Source: Alloascoidea hylecoeti
Taxonomy: Eukaryota
NCBI GenBank assembly: GCA_001600815.1
Contig: BCKZ01000007.1
Span: 124,001-188,000, forward strand
DNA: 64,000 nt
Direction: 5' to 3'
Shown here: positions 52,345 through 64,000 of the stretch, piece by piece
Layout: the number at the start of each line of letters is the position of its first letter
Numbering within the stretch: the stretch's first letter is position 1
Program-made: the position numbers and the translations under genes
The notes under the pieces: generated by a model
What the model saw: only the letters and a program-made list of their open reading frames with translations
Told to the model about the DNA's origin: nothing
Databases searched by the model: none

Positions 52345-53772
52345 TCATTTTTTGACCAATTCTTCTTCTTTACGTGAACCATTTAAACTTGTTACTACTG
52401 TTTCAACTATTTTATCTCCATCATCCCATTTAATTTCATCTAATATATGAATCCATTTCATATCATTTTTAATTTCATTAATTTGTCTTTTTGTAATATT
52501 ATCATTGTTCCAATCATTTGAAGGAATAACAAATATTGGATTTTGAATATTCCATATCCTTACAACATTCATTAATAAATTATCACAAAGTCCTAGAGAA
52601 ATTTTTGCTAAAGAATTTGAAGATAATGGATAAATTAAAAATAAATCAGCCCAATGCCTTAAATTAATATGTAATGGAGTTCCAGGATTATTTGGTTTTG
52701 TTTTATTAATTATACTTGTCATTTTAAATCCATCATAAATATCTTTTAAATTATTCCATTGATCAATATCTGTTAAAATTCGAACATTTGAATTTAATGA
52801 TATTGTTGAAAAATCATCTGAATTAATATTAATTAATTTTAATGAATTTGGTGTTAATATTATATTTATTGAAATTAATGATCCATATTTTAAAATTAAT
52901 TGTTTAATGATATAAAGTATTATTGTTTTATAATTTTTATTTAAATCTCCTGAATTTATAATTGAACATGTTATACCAATTAAAACATGAAATTTCCCAT
53001 CTTCAAATTCGGATTGAATAGAATGTTGACCAACAATAGTTTTAGTTGAATTTGTATTAATAGCTGGATCAAATGTGGCGTTTGTTGGAGAAATAATGGG
53101 GTTTGTCTCCTTGTCTTTTATAGACCCTGTGGATAACTTTCCAGGAACTTTGACAGTTTCTTCCAATAAAAAATGAGCATGAGCTTCTCCATTTCCGTTT
53201 CCATTATCTTCAATAGTACTGATTGATGTATCAGCTACCCCAGTTGATACTGGAGATATCAATGAATCATAAACACAAACAGGATTAGATTTCTTATCAT
53301 TTGAATTATCTTCTTTTTGTTGATGTTGTTGATCTTTTTTAAGCAAGGCGCCTCCTGCAACTACAGTCTTTTGCCCTTTACAATTAAGTTCAGGAATAGA
53401 ATTTAAAGTTGAAACAGTGGTTGAATATAATGTTCCAGGAGATTTTAAAATAGGGGCAGGTGAAGGAGAATTTAAAGATGACATGGCCAATTCAAATGAT
53501 GTTGACATAAGGGGTTGAAATGATTCTTCATTTGAATTTTTTTGTTTAATATCTAAAAGTTGTGAATCTAATCCATTAATTTCTTGTTTATTTGTATTTA
53601 TTTCTTTTACTTTTTTTTGAGATGAATTTGGTGTCATTAATGGTGATTTAGAATAAATTTGAGGATTATCTTTCTTCACTTTTTTAGGACTAATTGAAAT
53701 TGATTTTAAATCTAAAGACACATTTGATAAATCATTTATTTCCAATTTATTACCCTTTGAAGTGGTCGTCAT
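52345..53772 (-). CDS. SIS2: HFCD flavoprotein, PPC decarboxylase subunit of Sis2/Hal3 type
   Basis: GKFHVLIG and LHINLRHWADL..PLSSNSLAKISLGLCDNLL, with a long disordered N-terminus. Lacks PxMN and the Cys motif. Confidence 0.75.
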   Translation of the reverse strand: MTTTSKGNKLEINDLSNVSLDLKSISISPKKVKKDNPQIYSKSPLMTPNSSQKKVKEINTNKQEINGLDSQLLDIKQKNSNEESFQPLMSTSFELAMSSLNSPSPAPILKSPGTLYSTTVSTLNSIPELNCKGQKTVVAGGALLKKDQQHQQKEDNSNDKKSNPVCVYDSLISPVSTGVADTSISTIEDNGNGNGEAHAHFLLEETVKVPGKLSTGSIKDKETNPIISPTNATFDPAINTNSTKTIVGQHSIQSEFEDGKFHVLIGITCSIINSGDLNKNYKTIILYIIKQLILKYGSLISINIILTPNSLKLININSDDFSTISLNSNVRILTDIDQWNNLKDIYDGFKMTSIINKTKPNNPGTPLHINLRHWADLFLIYPLSSNSLAKISLGLCDNLLMNVVRIWNIQNPIFVIPSNDWNNDNITKRQINEIKNDMKWIHILDEIKWDDGDKIVETVVTSLNGSRKEEELVKK

Positions 53773-53790
53773 AGTTTATTAATAAAATAA

Positions 53791-53791
<1 letters not shown>

Positions 53792-53823
<32 letters not shown>
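53792..53823. repeat. (AT)n microsatellite just upstream of the SIS2-like start codon
   Basis: Read directly from the sequence. Confidence 0.9.
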
Positions 53824-53832
<9 letters not shown>

Positions 53833-54649
53833 ACTTATTGAAATTTTGGAACCGAAATAAATAAAAAAAATATTGTTATTAAGTATTATTAAAAAGTTAC
53901 TTTTATGTTACATTTATTCACTCACTCATATAAAAATTTAAAATCCAAAATTCAAAATTTTACCTATTTGGAAGATCCGTAGACATCCAACAAATTATAT
54001 TCAAAAATTCAAATAACTATACATTTTTCATATTTATACAAATGATCAGCCTATTTGTGATATCTCCACAAAAACAATACATGTACTTATAAATAACCGC
54101 GGATAAATGTTAATGTTATAGCATGCTCAAATATACTACTGCAGTATCAATTTTATTATGGTAATAAAATGATGATCCATTTTCAAACACTTTTGTACAC
54201 AAAAACATCACAAACAAATCGCCCTGTCAAACCGCCCTGAATTGGCAGTCACGTTGAGGAGGATAGATTCTGATATGCTGTAACTACACTGTCCTTACAA
54301 AATGGTAATTCGTAGATTGAACTGTTTGTACCATGGCAAATAATTGTTTGATTCTTTCAGCTGTAGAAAGTCAACCGGTTCTAGATATCCACAAACTCAT
54401 CTTTCCTTTCAAACTTTGAATATATTTTACTTGATGATTTGTATATACATGTGTTTGAAAGTAAATTGTACAACATTACTACATACTTTTAAAAACAACT
54501 GTTATTTGTCTCATTATCATATCATATATATAAGTTGCACATTTAAGCTATTCCGAAAGTAATAGAGAACTAAAAGGTAATAAATTTTTCAGTGGCAATT
54601 AAATCTCCTAGTAAAATTATATATTTAGTGTTCATAATTATTTACTCCT

Positions 54650-55737
54650 CTAAATTTACAATTCCGAAATCTTCATACTTTGTTTAGTAAACACTAGTTT
54701 CTTTGTTTTATTTGTTCCCCTCTCCTGAATAACTTATTGATAAGATCAATTTGAATTCAACAATAAATATTTCTGCTTTAAGTTTTGTAACATTATGAAC
54801 TGGATTCGAAACAGGTGTTAAAACAAACCCATTAGATAAATCTTCTTCTCCAATACCTTTCAATTTAAGTGTAACTTGCTCACCACAATAAGCAGATGAA
54901 ACTTCAGATTCGGTTTCATTATAAATTGTTAAGACATTAAGTTTTTTTATTAGGCATAATTATTAACAAATCATCTTAACATGTCCACTTTCAATCTTAC
55001 CTTCAATAATTTTACCCATATCTTTCATTCTACCAAGGATAGGTAACATAAATGGAGCATTTAGTTTTCTATCAATGGCAAACATAGAATCCAGATATTC
55101 TAATAGCGATGGACCTTTGTATCAACTATACATTCAGATTCAGAAATACGATCTTTTAAACCAGAACCACTTAATGCAGAAACAGGCATAAAGAAAACAT
55201 TAGTTTTAATATTATAACCAATTTTTCTTAAGTATTTCATCATAACGTTTCTTTTCCCAATTAATAGTTGGATCATCCATTTTATTAATAACAACAATTA
55301 ATCTATTAACATCTTGTGTCTTAGCTGAATAAGCATTCTCTATTGTTTGACCATCTTTTTCAAACCCAGTTTCATATTCACCTTTTCTGGCAACAGCTTT
55401 GGTTAAAAATAGAATGTTTCCACCCATTGTTAATTTACCGGCATCAACATGTCCTATAAAAATGATCAAAAAGTGATATTTTCCATCTGAAATATCCTTG
55501 ACGATAGCTTCATCAGTTTCTTCTTCTTGCTATCTATTGAGGCTGTAAAATCTGGACAGCGGGGTTGAAACTACGAACACTAGCTACATTCCATTGTCTT
55601 TGACCACCAGGTTGATTATGTAGTTGTCAATTTTGTCCACCTTGATTCTGGCCCTGATTTTGATTATGAGCTTGATCTCCAACATTTAAATTTAGTTGTC
55701 TTTAAAAGTCGTTTGATAATTTGTCTTGGTTAGACAT
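54650..55737 (-). pseudogene. SUP35: SUP35 (eRF3) pseudogene with internal deletions
   Basis: ATG at 55737 begins MSNQDKLSNDF*...NQNQGQNQGGQN. IIFIGHVDAGK.TMGG is joined almost directly to ARKGEYETGFEK.GQT. Also INKMDDPT.NW, GPSLLEYLD, APFMLPI, EGKIESG and CGEQV. Contains stops and frameshifts. Confidence 0.9.
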
Positions 55738-56321
55738 ATTGTTTATTCGTTCCTAAATATTTAAGCTAATGGGTGGATCCATACATAGAAGTAAATAACT
55801 CAATAAAACTTCAAAATAGCCCTATCTTGTAAGTCATACCTTAACTTATATTGTGAGTAGTAGTAGAATAATCCTTCATCTTTATTAAGCAAAAGTCTGG
55901 CAGCAATTGTACAAGTGAATGTTTTAAAAATTCTAATTCATAATCAGTGGGAATCTTTTTCAATGGGTCTTTAGGAGCTACTTCCCCAGAAATAGTTGGC
56001 ATATCTATCTATCTAGGGAACCAGATGGAATCGTTGGTTCATTGATTAGGTCGGGTATAAATTCACATTTTAACATTTTTAAAAAGTATAGTAAATATTG
56101 ATATTGATATGGTTATCCCGATGTTTTTTCAGCAGAGAACTTTAGAAGAGATAAAGAAAATGGTTTCAAAATTAATTGTAGTTGTTCTAAGATATCTGAA
56201 GAAGAATAAATCTAGACCTACTCGAACCAGATGAACTTAGTGGTGGATACTAAACTGAAATTTTATGGTATCAGAAAAATTGATATGTATTTCCAAGTTA
56301 ACTACAACGGATCATCAGTCA

Positions 56322-56492
56322 TGGACAACAATTTTTTCATCACGAATTTCATCCAGAGAGAAATAATTTGATATGAATATAAAACAAATCCTTAATTTGG
56401 CTCTGACAATCTTAAGACATGGTGCATACTGATCTGGTTTATATTCGTTTCTCTTCTGGGTGAAATTTGTGATAAAAAAAAATTGTTGTCCA
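56322..56492. repeat. ~171 bp fold-back inverted repeat (MITE-like)
   Basis: TGGACAACAATTTTTTCATCACGAATTTCATCCAGAGAGAAA pairs with TTTCTCTTCTGGGTGAAATTTGTGATAAAAAAAAATTGTTGTCCA. An inner pair GAATATAAAAC/GGTTTATATTC is also present. Confidence 0.85.
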
Positions 56493-59217
56493 AATTTTTA
56501 ATAAAGGAAATTCAAAAATTGATAATTGATTGATTCTTATCATTTAATGATACTTGTTTTAGTAATATCTAATAACATAACTTCCTCCTTCGAGATGTAT
56601 TTGCCCAGACTGTATCTTCTTAAAGTTGACTGAACCGCATAATCACAGGTTTCGAAGTGGTTGTTATTTGTCGTCTGGGATAGTATGTATCACTTCTTCT
56701 GATATCAGAACATTTCTAGTACCTATTCTGACTATTACTCCTGAAACACCATTACCTTAATTGAAGTGCCCGTTTACACTTACGGATTAATCTATATTTG
56801 ATATTCAAATAGAAAACAAAACAATGAAATATTCAAAATTAATACTCTAATGAAATCTGTCCAGTTCCGAATGGATTTACTAGATATCGCGATGGCTTAA
56901 AAAAATATTATCATGACAACATTCATGTTATTGAAAAATAAGTGGAATAAATTCTAATAGGGTTGAGTCATTTTTTCTTGTTTTGAGAATATACTATACT
57001 TTTTAGTTGAGTTTGTAATACTTTTTATTAATATTGAATAACCTTGGGATGACAAATTCTATTCAATTCAGAACGTATCAACAATTCAACAAGATTAAGA
57101 AAATCAACGATATAGATCTTCAAATGTATGATATCAATCCATCATTAGGTATAATCAATCGTAACTACATCTTGGAATTCCAAAACGTGGTACAGGGAAA
57201 GAACATAATAATGATTGATTTTAATGTTGTTATTGAATAAGGATTTTGAAATATACTCAGATAATCTCATATCATTAATTTCAACTAAAGTAAAGATTCT
57301 AGGAACATAAAAATGGTCAAGTGGCCAATATCAATCCACCAGCTATGAAATGTCATGGAACCAAATAGAATTGATATACAAAAATACACACATTTAAATT
57401 TTTTGAATTAATATTCTAGTTAAGAGACATTTTCCCACAAGACAGATAATTGATCTTGTTTTATTATAGTATTGAAGGTTTAGGTTTGAACCGGGTGAAT
57501 AGCCTACATGTATTGATGTTAGTTATACTAGACTGGTCAATTAATAATTTTAAAGAATAGGAATAATATAGGAAAGATTAGATTATATAAAGGAGGAAAT
57601 TATCTTCTCTTAAAAGGATATCTAAAGATTTAGAATTAAGATATATATTATTGTTTTTGATGTTTATTTATAGTCTATTATTAGAAGTTATTACAACAAT
57701 CCAGAACATAATAAATGACTGTTAATGTTACGGGGATCTTTAAATAGAGTTTCTTTGATAGCTATAATTAGAAGAATATAAGGCAGATCACAAAATTAAA
57801 GGAATTATCAAGAAATGAGGATTGATAATGAACCAAATGGAATTAACATCATTGACACATCACATCTTTTTGAATTAATATTCCAATTAAAACACCAATT
57901 CCACAAAACTCAGGATAATTAGCTATAGGTAAATCACAGAAATCCCTGTTATAAAAAAAAGTGAAGTATTTACTTATGTAGTAAAAACTATAAAGAAAGA
58001 TAATCCTGGATTTGCACAATTCACATTATATGAAGCGTACTTAATAATAATCCATACTATAGCCTTCCTAGCTAGTAATTGAAAATTGGAACAATTACAC
58101 CCGGTAATTCTAATTCGTTTATCTAACCCAATTAACTCAGCAACACATTATAAGTTAAATTAAAAAACAAAGATTCCCTATTCATTTAGCAATAGTTGGT
58201 CTGTTAATGAAAAAAATACAATTATAACAATGAAATTAATAATATTATATTAATGGCTCTAATGTTGATCTCGAACAAGCATCTTTATATAGGGTTTGTT
58301 ATAAATCATATTAAATTATCCATTAATACCCCAAACCAGTTAATTGACCATATTTTTACACAGAAAAATGGAGCCTAACCCCCCTTAAAATTAAAGTAAT
58401 ATATTAATAGAATTTAATCATTTAGTATTTAAACTTCCATCACTTTACATGACCGAGAAACCAAAACGTAAACTCCCAAACGTGAAACTTTAAAGGAAAA
58501 CTGGGATATGTTAATGGCCTTAGATTGCTAATTGCTTTGGGTAATATATTCCATTTTACATCATCGATGATTCATAAAAAAATTTCCATTGTTTTTTTTT
58601 TTTTCATCAATCATTGTGAATTTTATAATTATAACTCCATTCTTCAAATAATAGAAAAAATCATATAATTAAATAAAATAAAAAAAACCTGGATCTATTT
58701 TAATAAAGTTTAGCCTAACTATTAAATAATATTTTAGTTAAATTTACTGTAGCAACGATCTAGATTCTACATCTACGATTCTACATCTAGCATGTTATGT
58801 TGTCTCAAAATTTTCATAATAAATCATATTATTATCAATGATTCATAATCAAATTGACATGATCAATCAATTTTAATTCCAATTTCAATTTCAATTTTAA
58901 TTTCAATTTTAATTTCAATTGGACACACGTAGAAAAAAAAAAGAATAAGAAATTTCAATTATTCATTAGAAAAATAAATATTGTAATTTATACAAAGCCA
59001 AAAAAGAATATAAAATTATAATATTTATATTTATACTATATGATGAATCAATCAATATCAATCAATATCAAATAAAAATAAAAATAAGAAAAAATAAAAA
59101 TAAAAATAAAAATAAGAAAAAAAATCAATTATATAATTAATTAATTAATATAACATGTTTTATATATTTATATCATATAAACACAACAAAATGTGTGATA
59201 AATAAAGAAAAGAATAT

Positions 59218-59253
<36 letters not shown>

Positions 59254-59288
59254 ATTAAAATTAATTAATAAAATTAATAATAAATAAT

Positions 59289-59564
59289 TTAAAAAGAATT
59301 AACATTATCTAATCTACCATCTCTAGCAGCAAGATATAAATCATTTAATTTTTCATCTCCTCCATTAGCATTAGCATTAGTACCAGCAACATTAACATTA
59401 GAATTAGAATTTGATTGTACTGTTGGAGTTTGAACAAGTGGAGCTTGAGATGTAATTGCAGATGTAGAAGTTGTTGTTGGAGATGATGAAGAATTTGTAA
59501 TTGATTGAGCTTGTGAAATACCACTAGATGTATGAGTGTGTTTTAAATTTGATGATTGTTGTAC

Positions 59565-59599
<35 letters not shown>

Positions 59600-60902
59600 G
59601 AACTTGTTGTTGTAATTGTTGTTGTTGTTGTTCCCATTGATATAATGGATGAACTTGTGGAGATTGTGATTGATAAGGATAATAAGTTCCTTGAAATTGA
59701 TTATATTGATTATAATTTGGTTGAACAACGGGAACCATTGTTCTATAAGCACCAGCAACATTAATATTTGAATCTCCCCCCATCATTGGATTAATTTGTT
59801 GTTGAATTTGTTGTTGTTGTAATTGTTGAACTTGTTGTTGTTGTTGATTTAAATTTTGTGATCTACCCCATGATAAACGAATTCTTGAATTTCCAACAGG
59901 ATAACCATGCATTTGAGATATTGCCAATTCAGCAGATTGTCTTGAAACAAATTGAACAAATCCACATCCTTTACCAGGTGGGATTTTAACATAAGTAATT
60001 TCACCAAATCCTGAAAATATACCACGTAATTCATCTTCTGAAACATAAGATGATAAGCCACCAACAAATATAGTTTTATTATTTGGATCAGTAAATTGAT
60101 TAATTGATTGTTGTTGTTGTTGTTGTTGTTGAATATTATTATTGTTAAAATTATTATATTGTTGTGTATTATTTAAAGATTGAATTGGTAAAACTTGTTG
60201 TTGTTGTTGTTGTTGAACTTGAACCTGAGGGGGTTGTTGTTGAACTTGAGCAAATTGTTGTTGATGTAATAAACTTGCAACTTGAGCATTTCTATTTTGA
60301 TTTTTTGGAGTAGCTAAAGAAATCCTCATTGCTCTATTCCCACAAAATAAACCTTGCATTTCTGAAATTGAACGTTGTTGTTCTTGTTCATTTGAAAATC
60401 TAACAAATCCATAACATCTTGAAGCACCAGTAACAGGATCGGTCATAATTTTAGCAGTTTTACAACTTGGATAATTATTTCTAAATAATTGAATCAATTG
60501 TTCTTCAGTTGTATCAGGTGGTAAATCACCAACAAATATACTAAATTCAGGAGGACGATCTTCTTTACGATCTTGTAATCCACCACCAGAAGACCAATTT
60601 AATTTAAAAATTTTATTTGAATTTGGAAAAATTGAACCATTATATGATAAAGCATTTCTTGCATTTTCAAAATTACCAAAATCAACAAAGCAATAACCTT
60701 GAGAAACACCAGTATATTTATCTCTTATGAATTTAACAACAACATCTTGAAACCCAAGAGAAGACCATAATTGAGAAACAGATGCTTCGTCGACCCATGG
60801 ATTGAGCTCACCCATCCAAAGAGTTGATTTTTTCTCATCAACGTTTACTGTTTGAGGAACAGTTGAAGATGAAGTAGTAGAATTTTCAGGATAAAAAGAC
60901 AT
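59289..60902 (-). CDS. NAM8: Triple-RRM RNA-binding protein of the Nam8/Ngr1/Csx1 family with poly-Q tracts
   Basis: LWMGEL.PW.DE, GYCFVDF, FKLNW, SIFVGDL, RCYGFVRF, TDPNN.TIFVGGL and KGCGFVQF. NAM8 versus NGR1 not resolved. Confidence 0.85.
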
Positions 60903-61483
60903 TTATTGTTTATAATTAGTAAATGATAATTGATAAATGATAAATGATAATTGATATGTAATTGAGAAATTGAGAAATTAAAAGTTTGAATTGGAGTGAT
61001 GAAAAGTAACAAAAAGAGACAACCAACAGCAATAAAGAAAGAAGAAACACTACTCAATAAAATGAATGGACGAACAAAATAGAATAGCAACAAAAAAGAG
61101 ATGAACCAAAATTAAACCAATTGATTTTGTTTTACTTAATTATTTTCAATTTTCAATTTTCAATTTGAATTTCCAGTTTAAAACAGATGAAGAAAAAGAG
61201 GAAGAGAAGAAGGAAGAAGGAAGAAATTTTAAAAATAAAAAGAGGAGTATAAAATTAAAAAATAAAAAATAAAAAATAAACATCAAACATCAAACACTAA
61301 ACATTAAACCTTTTTTTTAGAATTTCTTTGAAGTTCAGAAAGGATGAGAAAAACCCTGTTAAAAATGTTAAAACCTGCAATTTTTGGAATCCATGCAACG
61401 AATATTATGCAGAGAACTTCCACAGCGTTCTTCGACAAATTTGCATTTTATTCTGTGTTTATTTGTTTGCTTTCAGATGGAAG

Positions 61484-61710
61484 AAAACGAAAACGAAAAC
61501 GAAAACGAAGTCGGCTTACGTAAGGGCTGCTTACGTAAGGGCTGCTTACGTAAGGGTTGCTCAAGTCACGGGACTCACTCTCAAGTCACGGGACTCATGG
61601 CTTACGTAAGGATTGCTCACGTCACGGGACTCACTCGACGTCACGAACACAAATGACAGCAGGTTCGCCCACGCACACGAACCCGCACACGAGCCAGCCA
61701 ATGACAGAAT
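61484..61710. repeat. Compound tandem repeat in the divergent promoter: (AAAACG)n, 4x GCTTACGTAAGG, 3x GTCACGGGACTCA
   Basis: GCTTACGTAAGG at 61514, 61529, 61544 and 61600; GTCACGGGACTCA at 61565, 61585 and 61621. Confidence 0.9.
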
Positions 61711-61914
61711 AACCCGGATTTCCTATCGGCACACACTAAAAAATCAAAAGTGAGGATTTACTCAACCTGCAGAAGATAAGACTCTAATATGTGTGTAAAC
61801 TGTTGGATCTGAGTGGCTGATTATTGTTTAATACATATTTGAATATGTGATCTGCTTATTTTTTCATTTCTTTTTCAATCTCTTTTTTTCCCTCTCCATT
61901 TTTCTCTCTTCATA

Positions 61915-63121
61915 ATGCCCATCAAAAAATCTACAAAATCAAGAAATGGTTGTTCTACCTGTAAACAAAAAAGGTTGAAATGTGATGAAATAAAACCCGA
62001 GTGCTCAAATTGTATCAAAAAAGGTTTTAAATGTGGTGGTTACAAAATATCTTATAAATGGAAAGCTTTTGATGATCAACAGAAATATAAGAAAACTCCA
62101 AAATATAATAATCAAAATGCTAATGCCAATGCTAATGAAAATATTATTGAAAATGCTTTAAATGAAGCCACGTTATCTGTTGTTGGCCAATCTTCTGAAG
62201 AGCTGGCTAATCAATTAAAGAGGTCAAAAACAATTCAAAACCAAAATCAAAATCAAAATCAAAACCAAAATCAAAATCAAAATCAAAATCAAAACCAAAT
62301 TTCAAACTCAAATTTAAATTCAATTAATGATTTAAAACGTAAATCTCAATCTCAATCTCAATTTACTGATTTAAAACCAAAACTTCGAAAAATTCAATCC
62401 CCATCATCAACTATTGATAATGATGATTCCAATACAACGTACACAAATCATATAGAAGAATCAATTACAACTACAACTTCAAATCCAGAATCTAATAATA
62501 ATAATTTACATAAATCTCCATATTCATTATCTCCATTTTTTAATTCTCAATCACCTCGTCTATTTCCATACTTTGCATCACCACGTTTATTAGCTGCAAT
62601 GAATATGACATTACCATCAATACCAACAACAACTAATAATTTCATGTTCCCTTTTGAAGATTCAACTTCAACTTCAACTTCAACTTCAAATAATATAAAT
62701 ACATCAATAAATAGTGGTTTAATGTCTGCTCCATCACCATTAAATTTAAATATTCATGAAAGTACTGGATTAACTCCATTTTTAAATCCAATTGGGTCAC
62801 CAAATACTTTTAATATGAATTTAAATGATAGAGAAAGTACAATATTGAAGAATTTAAAAGTTAAATCTCCCGAGAATGAATTAAATAGTGAAGATGATGA
62901 TAGATTAAATGATTTACAATATAAAATTCTCCCATTAAATTCATTAACATGGTTTCCAACATCATCAAAACTTACAACTTTTATCAATTAACAACAGAAA
63001 CAAAAATATTTTTCTCAATTTTCTTTAAAAACTTGTAATATATTATCAATTAAAAATGGACCAGGAGAAAATCCATGGAAAACAATAATTTGGTCAATGG
63101 CTTTAAAAAATGATGTATTTA
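61915..63121 (+). pseudogene. Zn2Cys6 transcription factor gene with in-frame stop at 62989-62991, truncated by an LTR-like insertion
   Basis: CSTCKQKRLKCDEIKPECSNC......C cluster. The same frame resumes after TAA with TCNILSIKNGPGENPWKTIIWSMA (start of a fungal TF middle domain) and breaks at 63122. Confidence 0.75.
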
Positions 63122-63682
63122 TGATAGCCGGGAGCTAAATATTCTAAATCGGAGAAGAAATCTCACTCCACAACAAAAATCGTAAAAATTAAAAAATCAT
63201 TACCAGAATTAAGAGATTAAGCAAGTATTATAGATAGTATTTACTTTAATTTGATTTATAGTTATTAGTTTAGAAAATCGTGGTTAAAAATTTAACAACT
63301 TTTTCAAATTCGAGTACCTTAATTCGGTCCAGTACTACTAACCTGACGGCATATCGTAGGACAAACCCATAGCGAAGGGCGTGCATACCATTTGCATTGC
63401 TGAAATGTTAGTAGTAAGAATAGTATTATCTGCTACTACTTCTGTTAACGTACCAAGTTCTTCACACTCGTCACATTCCGTTGTTTGCACTAATCCAATA
63501 TTTACCAAATCTCCGTACGACCGTTGGTACCAACTTACTAGATCACCATACGGATCATTAAAAACCGTAAAATTTTCGTTTACTATTAACATAGTGCGCG
63601 AAGAATCGACTGCTATAACGGTGTTCCCAGGTAGCCCGTTCGCCTCAAGACGTTAGCTGCTTGTGTCGAAGTTGAACTATCA
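63122..63682 (-). mobile_element. LTR-like element (561 bp)
   Basis: TGATAG...CTATCA termini (TG..CA, 6-bp inverted repeat) beginning exactly where the TF homology stops. No target-site duplication is visible, and the strand is inferred. Confidence 0.55.
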
Positions 63683-63819
63683 CTGTCCAGGCACCGGCGA
63701 ATAATGTCACTGACAATATAAAGACCAGGAACAAATTTCTTTGAAATCGCAGCATTATAAAACTTATATCGGGCTAGGATTGGTGAAAATTGTTAGGGTT
63801 CTTCTTATTAATTCGTTAA

Positions 63820-64000
63820 CAAGTACAACAACAACAATCGTCTAATTTAAAACATACTCATCCATATAGTGGTATTTCACAAGCTCAATCAATTACAAAT
63901 TCTTCATCATCTCCAACTACAACTTCAACTTCTGCAATTACAACATCTCAAGCAAGCTCAAGCTCCAACAGGACAATCAAATTTTAATTCTAATTCTAAT
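63820..64000 (+). pseudogene. Inverted, diverged duplicate of the NAM8/NGR1 3' coding region (source ~59397-59567), running off the window
   Basis: Translates QVQQQQSSNLKHTHPYSGISQAQSITNSSSSPTTTSTSAITTSQA versus the parent QVQQSSNLKHTHTSSGISQAQSITNSSSSPTTTSTSAITSQA, then frameshifts. Confidence 0.9.

Noticed and set aside
61328..61656. ORFs with AYVRA/GCLRK repeats; CRISPR-like appearance
   Set aside because: These are translations of a promoter minisatellite with non-ATG starts. There are no unique spacers, and the context is eukaryotic.
63338..63656. 84-aa and 91-aa ORFs
   Set aside because: They lie inside the LTR-like element and have no recognisable domain.

Overview
AT-rich fungal genomic DNA, most likely an early-diverging budding yeast. 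It has short GT-AG introns, decodes CTG as Leu and retains a Pol delta p12/Cdm1 subunit. Recognisable genes are PRB1, CCC1, a JLP1/TauD dioxygenase, POLD4/cdm1, FPR1 (2 introns), two tandem SCS7 paralogs, a Zn-ADH, a SUL sulfate permease, a 5-exon GPI-PLD-like gene, DCW1/DFG5, an acidic repeat orphan, an intron-containing tRNA-Gln(CTG), ALG8, DRE2, a SIS2/HAL3-like subunit, NAM8/NGR1 and a broken Zn2Cys6 factor. The most interesting hidden element is a tandem array of three small Cys-rich metallothionein-like genes (77, 29 and 29 aa). Two of these are absent from the ORF track. They share an N-terminal CSCTS motif and a promoter block, and sit head-to-head with the vacuolar Fe/Mn importer CCC1. 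The window also holds relics of three Tc1/mariner-superfamily transposases, LTR fragments, a SUP35 pseudogene retaining part of its Q/N domain, and two ~175-bp fold-back hairpins (one intronic). At the right end are a tandem array of TTACGTAA sites and an LTR-associated rearrangement that truncates the Zn-cluster gene and is followed by an inverted copy of the NAM8 3' region. All calls were made by eye, with no database searches.
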